Positions 24,130 to 37,100 of a stretch of 64,000 nucleotides of DNA are shown here, in pieces. Position 1 is the stretch's first letter. Each line of letters begins with the position of its first letter. The position numbers and the translations under genes are program-made. The stretch is from Octopus vulgaris (taxonomy: Eukaryota). Under the pieces are notes generated by a model, which was not told where the DNA came from, ran no database searches, and saw only the letters and a list, made by a program, of their open reading frames with translations. Location of the stretch: positions 22,134,001 to 22,198,000 of the forward strand of contig OX597818.1 of NCBI GenBank assembly GCA_951406725.2. The letters are read 5' to 3'.

Positions 24130-26896
24130 GTAAGAATAACAGAAAACTTATGCAAAAAAAGTCTGTAAAAAGTGTATTTTTGTCAAATGTCTTAGTTTCA
24201 TTAATGTATTTTTGTAAATATATATTTAAAGTAAATGATTCATTCTTGCTGTAACATTTGTTTTTAGTGTTTTATGGCTCCTCCTTGTCCCCCTCCTATT
24301 TCCTTCCCGCAAAATATTCACCACTAACCATGCTCCTTTCCCTGTTTCTGTTCATTCCATCAGCTATATACCTACCTATAAGCATCTATAGCTCACCTCA
24401 CACTCTCATGAACTTACCTGATTCTCTGTCTATATCTTCTCACTAGTTCCTCCATCTCCATCCTCATTACATTCACCTTCATGTACTTTGAGGGTATGTC
24501 CTGACATCCCATCACCATCGCTTCTCTCCTTCTCTATCTGGGTCAGTCATATATCTCCTCTACAGCAAGACAGCTCTTCCTATCCTTCTATCATACTCTT
24601 GCCACTCAACACCTGGGATAAGCCACCTGCCTCAGTACTACATACCCCTCGATGAAAGAGTCTTGTCTTGAACTACTTGCCAACCTCATTATTACTGGTG
24701 ATATGAAGAAACACCCATTACACTCTGTAATGTGACTAGCATTAGAATAGTCATTCAACTGTAGAAACCATACTAAAACTGACATTGGAGCTTGATGCAG
24801 TACTCTGACTTGTGCAATCCTGTCAAACCACACAACCTTTGCTAGCATGGAATACAAGCACTAAATGATGATGGTATTGTTTGTTACTCTTTCCATATTA
24901 TTTGAACCTTGCCTTTTGCCTTTTTTTATCCTCCGTGTTTTTTATCTTTCTTCTTCCTTCATCCTTGATGAAGGACCATTTACTTTTCTTACACAATTTA
25001 TTACATTGTCTTGGTCCTCTAATTGAATGTTTTACTTTTCTGGGTTTTTTTCACTCTATTTTGTTTGCTTGTCTATTACCTGGACAGCCTTCAATCATTT
25101 TCATTTACAATATTCCTATGTGCATATATATATATATATCCTCTACAGCAAGACACTTGTTCCTATCACTCTGTCTGCCTGACTGGCGTCTGTGACACGT
25201 AAAAAGCACCAACCGATCATGGCTGTTTGCCAGACTCCTCTGGCCCCTGTGCCGGTGGTACATAAAAAGCACCCACTACAGTCACAGAGTGGTTGGCATT
25301 AGGAAGGGCGTCCAGCTGTAGAAACACTGCCAGATCAGACTGGAGCCTGGCGCAGCCTCTTGGCTTCCGAGACCCCGGTTGAACCGTCCAACTCATGCTA
25401 GCTTGGAAAACGGACATTAAATGATGATGATGATGATACTCTTGCCACTCAACACCTGGGATAAGCCACCTGCCTCAATGCTACATACCCTTCAATGAAA
25501 GAAAATAAAAAGAAAGTGATTAGTTGTTATTTCAGTAATCCCTCAAGACATGTCCGATACTTCTATTCAATATCACTCTGTTATCTTTTTTAAAGAGTTT
25601 TCTGTTTTATTTGCAGAGCAATATCCTGATGTCGTACCTGCAATAATTCCAACATCAAACAGTCTTTCAAATGTTCACAATTCACAACTATCAAAATATT
25701 TAATGGAAAAGTCTGAGGAATTTGTTGGTAAACCTATGATACAGAACTTGATTTATGCCTGTCTTCAGTGGGTGACAGAGAATCAAAGTGATATAACAGA
25801 GCCAGTCAAAGAAAAAGGTAAACCAATTGCAAAACATTCTAAGAAAAAACGAAGTTTAAAAAATGAAGAGGATAAAATTATTGATAAGAAGCCAGCAATG
25901 AAAACAGCTTCTGATGTAATTTCTAGAATTCAATGGGATGAGAACTTAAAATCTGAAGATTTTATTGTTGGTTATATGGATCGTTTTGTGGGAATTATTG
26001 AGAAATCTTTTGATAGTTTTTCTTGGGAAGATATTTCAACAGTAAATTATTATACATTGGCCATTCCAAAACACAGAATATTCTATTTTAAATACAAGAC
26101 AATAAAAGTTTGGGATAAAGTTCAGCGTCTTGATTTGGTTTTTGGCTCAACAGGAAGTAAAATAACAATAACAGATATAGTATCTAATTATGAAGAACAA
26201 TTGAAACGTGATATGGAAGAAAATTTGGTCTTTGAATCAGATTCTCAATATGAAATGCCAAGTGACCCCAACTTTTTCTGTGATGATGAATTCTGCGCAA
26301 AGATCACACAGCCCAACTTTTTTGTAGCATTGAGAATAACTAATGAAGAAATCTTGAAAAAAGTTGCATGGATGCAAGAAGATATCTTAAAGAATAAACC
26401 AACCTACTTTGACTGTTTCATCCCACCTGTCTGTCTGCATCTAACACTATGCATGTTGCGTCTTGACCATACCCATCAAATTGCTGATGCTACAAATTTG
26501 TTAAAAAATCTACAAGAGGAACTTTCTAAAACAGTTGCTGACTGTGATCCAATTAGAATTAAAAACGTTTACCATTTTTCCCACCGTGTTGTCTATGGTT
26601 GCATCAAAATCCCAGAAGAACTCACAGACCTTGTTCAGAAACTCAAATGTTACTTTTTTGAAGAGAAATTGTTGACGGACATAAACAAGAATTTTGTACC
26701 TCATATGACTATAATGAAACTCACTCGTCAAGTCAGCAAGCTGACTGAATCAAATCAGATTGATCCTTCCATCTATGAACAATATATGAACTGTGATTTT
26801 GGTGATCAGGCTGTTGACAACTTATATTTGTGTTCCACGGACAAAATCCGCCAAGACGATGGGTTTTACATGTCAACTATCAACTTAAAATTGTAA
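23958..26896 (+). CDS. LENG9: LENG9-like protein: RWD domain + MJ1316/DUF504 domain + AKAP7-like 2H phosphoesterase; 2 coding exons (23958-24129, 25617-26896), 483 aa
   Basis: Acceptor at 23949/23950, ATG 23958. Donor ACAA|GTAAGA and acceptor TTGCAG|AG join in phase 1, giving LKFQLTKQYPDVVP (RWD YPxxxP) ...VGKPMIQNLI. MKTASDVISRIQWD...FIVGYMDRFVG...AIPKHRIFYFKY...VWDK is DUF504. PNFFVAL...LHLTL...PHMTI...LYLCS is a 2H phosphoesterase with both HxT motifs. Orthology to LENG9 is inferred from the DUF504+AKAP7 pairing. Confidence 0.82.
25617..26896 (+). CDS. LENG9: LENG9-like coding exon 2 (RWD C-half, DUF504, 2H phosphoesterase)
   Basis: Long open frame ending at TAA 26894-26896; domain motifs as above. 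Confidence 0.9.
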
Positions 26897-29570
26897 ATAT
26901 GGTGGAAGATTACTTTGGTTCCATTCATATTCATTTTGTTTGCAAGTAGATTCAACAGTGATGATAACAACAAAGCTACAACTGAAACTATGATATATGT
27001 ATGTGTATATATATATATATATCAGATTAATGGGAATTGAGAAATCTAAGCAATTATCTCAGCACTTCTGTAAATACTGTATAAAAGTGTACACAGAAAT
27101 GCATGACAAAATGAGTATGGATCACATGTAATATGCTGTAATATGAATTCATTATTTATATTCATAATTTGTCTAAACCACATAACTTTGAAATGATTAT
27201 AATGAAGGAATAAATGTAATACCAACACCTCAATTCTTAGACTTTCTATCTATCTATTTCAAATTTTTTTTCCCTGTTTTTCTCAATATTTTTGAAGGGT
27301 AAGGAACCTTGAGCATTATGTCTGTAAAATGACTCATCCAAATCACCTGGGATTATTCATTAACAGTGTAAATATTGGTTTCAGATTTTGGCACAAGGTC
27401 AGCAATTTCAGGGAGAGGGTAAGCAATTTTGGTGGCAAGTCAGTTACTTTGACCCCAGTGCTCAACTGGTATTTATTTTATCAACCCTGAAAGGATGAAA
27501 GGCAAAGTCAACTGCAGTGGCATTTGAACTTAAAACATAAAGTTGAAAGAAATGCTGCTAAGCACTTTGCCTTGCAGTTTGCTGCCTTCAAAACAAAGTT
27601 GTAATATAAAACTGCATCTGTCTTGGGTAAAATATAAAATATAAGTAACGTCCAGTTATTTGTTTATGACTTAGCGATACTAAAGTGGAAAAGTGGATGT
27701 TAAATAAACAAACAACATATATAATGTTGCTAAGACTAGAAAGAAATGCAGCTAGCATATTCTGTTGTGTGAAATGATATGTAATGTTAAATATGCATGA
27801 ATGATGCAGTAGAAATGAGCTCACAGGGATCAAATGTAGTGTGCAAAAGAGAAGACTGTTTTGAGACAGCAATGTGGTTTTATATATAAGATGACACATG
27901 AAGTATCAAGGTGGATGAAACATGTGGAAGGTGGAGAATTAAGATGATATGGAACAAAGTGGTGAAAACTGATTGCAAGATGAACTCTCATGAAGATGCT
28001 AACAAAGGACCACAACAATTGGCAACCCATTCAAGTAATGTTAAAATGGTTGTAGTGATGTAGGCTGGCAATTTATAATATATCTACATTTAGGTCTTTT
28101 GCCTATTATGTTGGATGGGCTCTGCCAGGCTTTCTTGTCCTAGATACACTGCATGGCTGCAGTGCCCCAATGAACCCTAAGGTATTAAGGGGTTTGTCAT
28201 TGTCAATATTGGTTTCAAATTTTAGCACACAGCTAGGAAATATGGGGAAGGAAATAAGTTGATTACATCAACCCCACTGCTCAACTGGTACTTATTTTAT
28301 TGACTCTGAAAGGATGAAAGGCAAAGTTGACCTCAGCAGAATTTGAACTCAAAATGTGAAAGTGGGTGAAACACAACTAAGAACTTTGTCTAGTATGAAC
28401 AGTGACAAACTATTAACCTTTTAGCATTTAAACTGGCCATATCCAGCCAAAATATTGTTTTATGTTCAAAATTGTTAGATCTGGCCCTTCAACAAACAAC
28501 CCTACAAAATCATTCTAAAAATAAGCAGTTACCTCATAAAAATCTCAAAGCTAAAAGTTAATGCATGATTAATTCAAAACAATGTGAATAAATAAGCATT
28601 ACATTTGACAGAATAATCTGAATGCCAAACTATTACTCTTTGACTTACTGCTAAACAAGTAGTCCAACATTCTTTCAACTTAGCCATTTATGATTGGACA
28701 TTACCTAAAATATGGTTAAATGATAACTTAATGTTAGTATATCAGTAACAGTGTGGATGTTGGTTTTTTGAATTGACACACCATATCCTTGGATCATAAG
28801 TGACTAAAAAAACTAGTGGGACAGACATGCAACAATAAAATGTTGCTTCAAAAGTCTCACCCAAACCATGCCAGTATGGAAAAGCAGACAAAAAGGATGG
28901 TGATGATGATGATGATTATCATCATTAATCATCGTTTAATGTCTGCTTTCCATGCTGGGATGGACTGGATGGTTTGACTGAGGACTGGCAAACCAGGAGG
29001 CTGCACCAGGCTCCTATCTGATATGGCAATGTTTCTGCAGCTGGATGTCCTTCCTAATGCCAACCACTCCGAGAGTGTAGTGGGTACATTTCACATGCCA
29101 CTGACATGGGAGCCAGTCAGGCAGCTCTGGCACCGGTCACGTTTGAATGGTGCTTTTTATGTGCCACCAATATGGGTGACAGTCAGGCGGCACTGGAATT
29201 GGCTATGCTGAAATAGTGCTTTTTTGCATACCACTGGCACAGATGCCAGTCGGATATATGAAAATATGCTTTAGTTTCAGGTTTGCTTTGATATGCAAAT
29301 TCTGTGATCAAAGATGTTCAAGTACAGTGTATCAAGGAAAACATTGTGCAATTTCTCTTTGTGTTCTACTATTTTCAGACAATAGGATAATTTGAAGGAA
29401 ATTTGATAGTTATTTCTAGTAGCTAGAGTAGCTACAAAAGCTCTCTAGTTGCTTCATGATGTTATTTTTGTTTATCCCAAAGTCAAACAACATTGCAGAG
29501 GTTCTCTTCACATTTCTTTTTATATACTTGTGGGAGAGTAGAAAGATCATATAATGTAATAAAAGAAATT

Positions 29571-29998
29571 ATGGAATGGGAGCGCTAAGCAGTGATGTGT
29601 ATAAATGCAATGTTATTACCAGTTCAAATATGCTTGTGGCATGTTCGAACCTGTAAACTCACTATTCACTGTGTTTTGTCGTCAAGAAAATTTCTTGCTG
29701 TAGACAAATGGTGTAAATACACTTAAATCAGCTTGTAGTGCCACCTACCCAGATGTGAGATGCTAGCATTTTTAGAGTGGTTATCTCCTCTTCAGTCATA
29801 GAAACCAAACAGGGTGTGCTGTGAATTGACAAGAGAGATTGTCTCTCTTATGCTATCTCAGTCATCGTACAATGACTGATAGCATCAATCGGCAGCTCAC
29901 TGTAAACAAATAATGGAGTGGGAGCGCTAAGCAGTGACATGTATAAATAGAATGTTATTGCCAGTTCCAATATGCGTGTGGCACGTTTGGACCCTTAA
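29571..29998 (-). repeat. About 342-bp monomer bounded by ~86-bp direct repeats with a decayed hammerhead (retrozyme/Penelope-like)
   Basis: 29571-29656 repeated at 29913-29998; the minus strand at 29756-29798 reads TGA-CTGAAGA-GGAG...CTCT-AAAAA-TGCTAGCA-TC-TCA. Confidence 0.5.
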
Positions 29999-30326
29999 GC
30001 AATTTGTTTATAGTGAGCTGCTCATATTGGAACCTTGTGGATGCAGGTTTGGTCCCACTGCACAGTTCCCTGGACAAGTATTATCTACTATAATCCTGGG
30101 CCAACCAATGCCATGTGAAAGAATTTGATAGAAAGAAACAGTGTGTTGTCTAACAACCAGTGTTGTTTTATTTACATCCCTGTAATTTAGCATTTCAGCA
30201 AAAGTGACAAATAGAATAAGTACAAAGCTCATACAAGTGAAAGACTATAAAAGCATATGGATATAAAAGTCATTTAAAATAACTTTTTGCTTTAACAAAC
30301 AGAAACAAATATTAGGAGTTGAAAGA

Positions 30327-30641
30327 TTACTCTTCAACTTCCACAGAAGAACAATTGTTAATGGGTACCACCCAGCCATTTCTCATCACTGGTTGTACAG
30401 TTATTATAAAATCGCAACTCTGCTGTTCCTCTCGTAGTGAGTACACATGCTTGCAGGTGATGCTCTGTCCAACAAGTTCCGGCTGTTCATCTAAAATTGC
30501 AATATAAATGTTGTAGTAGTGTACTAGTGACATATCAGTACAGTTCCAGTCTATGACGATCTGCCGAAAATGAGCCATGTCTTTAGCTTGTAAGTCAGTG
30601 ATCTTGACAGAATATATTTGAGACTCGTTGATAGGAATGAT
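30327..30641 (-). CDS. ENGASE: ENGASE exon 12 (terminal)
   Basis: IIPINES...IDW...HYYNIY...LVGQS...VQPVMRNG; TAA stop. Confidence 0.8.
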   Translation of the reverse strand: MIPINESQIYSVKITDLQAKDMAHFRQIVIDWNCTDMSLVHYYNIYIAILDEQPELVGQSITCKHVYSLREEQQSCDFIITVQPVMRNGWVVPINNCSSVEVEE

Positions 30642-33600
30642 CTGAAATAGTAATGCAAGTAGGCAGTGAGATAGGAATTGATAAATACGCTCAGAAAGAG
30701 AAACAAGCAAAAAAAAGACAGGCAGGCTATGAGAGAGAAATGAGCACATAGACAACATACAAGTGACATAATATGAATGGTAGAACTTTATGGATTCACA
30801 CTACATTAGAATCTTCTGTTGCAAACTTTGACAGTATAATAAAATGTGAACTGGTAGACACAGAACATTCTCAGTACACTGCAACAGAACCATTAAAGAA
30901 TTTTATTACTAGACTTACCTTAAATATCATCATAGTTTAAAACAATTTTACCACATTTAAAAGATATGTAAAACACCCAAAAGCCAACTATAACCTCTTC
31001 TGTAAAATGTTTTCTGCCTTCTGCCCTATGAAATTAATGATACACATAGTTTTATATATAGGCACAGGAGTGGCTGTGTGGTAAGAAGCTTGCTTCCCAA
31101 CCACATGGTTCCAGGTTCAGTACCACTGCGCGGCACCTTAGGCAAGTGTCCTCTACTGTAGACTCGAGTCAAACAAAGCATTGTGAGTGAATCTGGTATA
31201 TGTATATATTTATCTGTGTGTGTCTTTATATATATATATATATATTATATATATTATATATAAATATATATATTTATATATAAATATATATAAAATACAG
31301 TGTACATTTAAACACACTAAGAGGTATCCATCAAAGGACTCCCTTAAGCTAGAAGGAACAGCTAAACTTCAAACCACTAATTAGGGATAAAATCTCGAAG
31401 GGAATGAAAAATAAAAACATTTACCATCTATTTCCTGGACCATGGTTTCAGACTTTTTTTAGCAAATAAAATAATTTGGTAGGCAAAGTCTTCGTCAACA
31501 GGTACGCCAAGATTAAACATATATGTATGAGGCGAATCCAGCATGTGCCTCTTGCTTATATATTCTAATTTTTTCAAATCCACCACGCAAGTGCAGTTTT
31601 TTGTTGGCAGCAAAAAAAAAAAAAAAATGCTGGCAATTTCTTCGAACAATTTTCCAGAAATCATTATACATAATTAATAATATCAGGGTAATAAAGATTT
31701 TAGAAATTTTTACTACCAGTGGCCTAGCACATAGAAAAATTAGTCCATAGACTATATATTATTCATATAAAATACATTGTACATTTAAACAGATTAAGAG
31801 GTATCCATCATAGGACTCCCTTACGCTAGAAGGAACAGCTAAAGTTAAAACCACTAGTTATGGATAAAATCTCAAAGGGAATGAAAAATGAAAAAACATT
31901 TACCATCTATTTCCTGAACCATGGTTTCAGACATTTTTTTAGCAAATAAAATAATTAAATAAGGTCTGGTTGGAGGTTCAACCTTCCTAGTTCTTTTGCA
32001 GGGCTTAGAAAAACTGAAGGGCCACTGCAATAAGTGTGTGAATCTGAGAAGGGCACATGTTGAATAAAATTAAAATTATTTGATCTTCCTGTATTTTCTT
32101 TAACCAAAAGCCAGGAACTTTTCAGCTCACCTTTGTATCAACATTATTAATGTAATGTATTGTACTATTTACTTCTAGTGATTATGAATGCAGAAATGTT
32201 GATCTTCACTATTGTGCCTTACCTCATAATAATAACAAAATACAAAATTTACAATAATTATTATTATTATTATTATTACCTGATTTAAGGCAGTGAACTG
32301 GCAGAATCATTAGCACACAGAGCAAAATGCTTAGTGGCATTTCATCTTTCTTCATGTTCAAAGTTCAAATTCTGCTGAGGTCAATTTTGCCTTTCATCCT
32401 TTCGGGGTTGATTAAATAAGTACCAGTTACACACTGGGTTTGATTAAATAAGTATCAGTTATGCACTGGGGTCAATTACATAAGTACTAGTTATGCACTG
32501 GGGTTGATATAAAGTGAACAATCCCCTTCCCCCAAAATTGTTGCCCTTGTGACAAAATTTGAAACCATTATTACCTGAATTTGACCAAGTAGAAAGTCAA
32601 AAGGCTCCAATGAATTCTGGTATAATCCAATACTGATATCAGTCAGTTCACATGGCTGCTTCTTCACTTCCACCAAGAAATAACTAAAATTGAGAACAGA
32701 GAACCAAAACTTTAAAAAATCTGCACTGTTTTTAAATTAATAATGGTGTAAATCAAAATCGAAATCTTTCAACATCAATGGAAATTGTAGCTGAGATACC
32801 AGTGCCGGTGGCACGTAAGAGAACCGTCCGAACGTGGCCGTTGCAAGCACCGCCCCGACTGGCCTCCATGCTGGTGGCACCTAAAAAGCACCATCCGATT
32901 GTGGCCGTTGCCAGCCTCGTCTGGCCCCCGTGCCGGTGGCACGTAATAAAGCACCATCTGATCGTGGCCGTTTGCCAGCCTCGTCTGGCACCTGTGCAGG
33001 TGGCACATAAAAAGTACCCACTACACACTCGGAGTGGTTGGCATTAGGAAGGGCATCCAGCTGTAGAAACAAGGCCAGATCAGACTGGGCCTGGCGCAGC
33101 CTCCTGGCTTCCCAGACCCCGGTTGAACTGTCCAACACATGCTAGCATGGAAAATGGACGTTAAACGATGATGATGATGATGTGTTTTGTTTTAAAATTG
33201 TCATTTCTACCTCAGAGTACTATGTATTATTATGCTTTACAGAAATTGACGATGATGATGATGATGATATATGGTTTAGAAATTATACACATATATATAA
33301 CGGTTAAGAAATTCACTTCCTAATGATATGGTTTGAGTATAGCACCTACTATAGTGTTAGTCCAAGAGTGGATTTAGTGGAAACAGAGAGAAATTTGTAG
33401 TATGTATGTATGTACATATATATATACACACACACACATATATGTGTATGTATGTGTTTCCTTGTCTTGATACAGTTAGAAATAGGTGTCACTATCACAA
33501 AAGTGGTGCTCTTCATTTCTAATTTTCCATGAAACATGCCTGTCCTTAGAAAAAGATTATCATATTTGGAAACAGGTGAGGATTGGCAACAGGGTAGGAG

Positions 33601-34098
33601 TATTGGAATATGGCTGTAGAAAATCTGCCTCAATTAATTTTGTCTGACCAAAGCAAGCTGGAAAAGTAAACATTGAAAATTGATGATTATGAAGTAGCAC
33701 AAACTGGTGATGTTTGGAATGTTTGAATGTGTAATTTGCACATATTCACCTGATGAAAATGTTTTTATTTCACATGATGCAATACCTCTGTTCATCAATT
33801 AAAAAATTCATTGGAAACAGCTGTAGTGAATGAACCATTATCCATCTGTTGTTATTTTTATGCCAATATATAATAATGCCAATACACACACACACACACA
33901 CATATACACACGTCATTTTCATATTCATAATTCCATGTTTGTACAGATCTTAGAACAACTCAAGTAATAGAAGTTTTTGTGGATGAGTACTGAAAATCAT
34001 AACTTAAAAGAATGACAGAGTTAATTTAAATTATCACACCAATCAATTTTCATTCATGAAAAACCTATATTTCTCTAGCTGTTTTAAGATGCAACAAT

Positions 34099-34129
<31 letters not shown>

Positions 34130-37100
34130 AGACATACACACACACACAAACATACATATACACATCATCATCATCTTCATTTAACGTGCACTTTCCATGC
34201 CGGCACGTGTTGGACGGTTTGACTGAGAACTGACAAGCCGGGAGGCTGCACCAGGCTCCAATCTCATCTAGCAAGGTTTCTATAGCTGGATGCCCTTCCT
34301 AAAGCCAACCAGTCCGAGAGTGTAATGGGTGCTTTGTATGTGCCAGCAGCAGACGAGCCAGTCAGGCAGCACTGGTATCAACCATGCTCGAATGGTGTTT
34401 TTACATGTCACCGACACAGGAGCCAGTCAGGTGGCACTGGCATCAGCCATACTTGAATGGTGCCTTTTACATTCCCTTGGTATGGATGCCAGTCAGGCAA
34501 CACTAGCATTGGTCACGCCTGGCATCAAACACGCAAACACACAAACATATACATACACATATATTAACACATACACACACAGAAACACACATTTGTGTAA
34601 ACATACACACACAATGAGCTTCCTTCAGTTTCTAGCTACCATGTCTTGCGACAGGGAAACTTTACCTTGCTGGAAAGAGGAGAGAGTTGGTGACAGGAAG
34701 GGTACCCAACTGTAGAAAATCTGCCTCAACATATCCTGTCGGACCCATACAAGCATGAACAAGTCAACTTTAAATGATGATGATGATGTTAACTTTTAAA
34801 CTATTTCTCATACAAGAATTTTTTTTTTTAAATCAGACTTACACACAAATGTACCTTTGAAGCATATAAGAGAAATATCAAAGAACAATTAAAAATCTGA
34901 AAATGAATATGAGTAAAGCCAATATTTTACTAACTGTTGTTTCCAACCATTGGATCCATTTTCAGGAAGAAGACAGATATCTGCATTTTCAAGAATATTC
35001 TTCACTTCACTCTTTCGAAGTTCCACTGGATAATAGTGTGAATTTGCCACAAGAAGTACTTTGTCTTGTTTACCGTCTTTTCTAGTGAATGTTAGTAGCA
35101 GGCACTCCTGTTTGATTTGTTCTACTAATGATTTCACACAAAAACTGACTAATAATTTCTCATTCACTGTCACATTACAATGGAAGATGCTGGAAGATTG
35201 TGATAAAGAAAATACAGTATGAATTCATTAATGGTTCAAGCAAATGAAATGTATAATTAATACTTAATCAAAGGCAACTCTTGTAGCTATCAAACCCTAT
35301 TTCAAATTCAATCACCATTTGCAGAATTAGTTAATTTTTTCAATAAATTCCAGAGATTCATAAGGATTAGATTTCCATCCATTTCCTGTAATGTTATAAA
35401 AGTGAGAGAAATTGCACAGAGGATATACTACTTCTTTTCATTGCATATTACTTTATCATAAAAACTTAATGTTTTCCTGGTGCCAATATCAATTGCTTGA
35501 TTAATTTATACAATGTAAAATTAAATATACTTTCCTTTACCTATCAAATATCAACTCCAAAATATGACCACATTACTTCATAACAAGGACTTTACTGTAA
35601 CATATAGGCCATATACAAAAATAGGATGCCCAACTAAAATAACAAGCCTTCATTCATTAAAATACTTTAACCCCTAACTCACCAAATGCATTGTATTCTC
35701 CCACAGTGTCTTCTGCAACTGCTACAAACAAATCTTACTCATTTGGATCAATAAATCAAAATTCAAGCCTAGTTGATTTCATAACTTTGACAGCTGTTAC
35801 TTGGACATGGTTACGTCCAGGAATCAACTATCACTTGAACACTTCTGAGGTGTGTGTGTGTGTGTACAAAAAAACCTGCATGTTAGTGATATATTTCACA
35901 TAAGTTGTGGGCAAGAGACTGAATCTTTGCATGACATGTCTCTCTGCCCCTCAACTCATCTTCATAACACCAGCCCCTCCACTCTTTTCACTGAGACTAT
36001 TCACTCAGCTGTTTTAACTCTGACTTTTCACCTCACGATCATATTATCATTCCCTACCATCTTATTTTCCACTGAAAGCCCCCTTCACCTCCATTTTCAT
36101 CCAATAATCCCTTTCATTCTGCCAACAGCAGCCCCCACTGCTTATGCTCATCTTCCTTTGTACTTGTAACTCTGTCCCTAATATTGTGCATCTCTTGCAC
36201 ACTGCCCACATTCCACATTACCTATGCTGCCACCTCACTCGCGCTGGTGCCATGTAAAAAGCACCCAGTACATTCTGTGAAGTGGTTGGTGTTAGGAAGG
36301 GCATCCAACCATAGAAACTGTACCAAAGCAGACTTTGAAGCTTGGTGCATTTCTCTTGTTCATTGTCTCCAGTCAAATTGTCCAATTTATGCCAGCATGC
36401 AAAACATGTCAAACAATAACAATGATGAATTGAGAAAAAAAAAAACAAAAACAAAAAAAAAGACCTTAAAATAAGCTAAAAGAAATAATTTGTTAGGATT
36501 TTGGTTTACTTACCCCTGGTAAGTGGGGAATTACAATTAACAAGTTTTCCTTGTGTGATATTCAGAACCTCTTAACTACCACAGTGATATATATCAACTG
36601 AACAATCATATAATATCTATTACCTTGAAATCAATGTGGTATCTATAACTTCAACACTTATATAATAGCTATTATTGGGGCACTTGTGAGATATCTTTTA
36701 TCTGGATGCTTATTAAGATATTACCTGTGCAAGTAACTCTGACTTCCTGGAACTGATTTAAAAATTTTCAAGCAACTACCACCAATAAAACCATCTTCTA
36801 GACACAATTTGGAAAAAACTTCATCGTTAGAGTTCACAGAATTTTGAACTAGTTGTATCTGTTGCATTCCCATACTGACCCATTCTTTATTGGAAAGGCA
36901 CTGTGGAAGAAAAGATATTCTTTCATTTAAAAATGCATTGAGAAGGAAAAATATTTTTCAAGGTGAAAACCCATATCTTTCCCTGCATTAAAAAAAACAA
37001 AAAACAAACAAAACGAGAAAACAAAACCACCAGCAACAACAACAATTTATCAGGGTGTATTTTGGGATCTGAAGTGTTTTGGGTTTGGCTTGTAATTTTG

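Noticed and set aside
25550-25616. ATG at 25550 as the start of the 448-aa ORF
   Set aside because: It lies in the intron before a strong acceptor (TTTTATTTGCAG); splicing from 24129 completes the RWD domain.
32790-33010. Regularly spaced GGTGGCAC repeats resembling a CRISPR array
   Set aside because: Eukaryotic context; the 'spacers' are homologous to each other; the array is part of a multi-copy retroposon; no cas genes.
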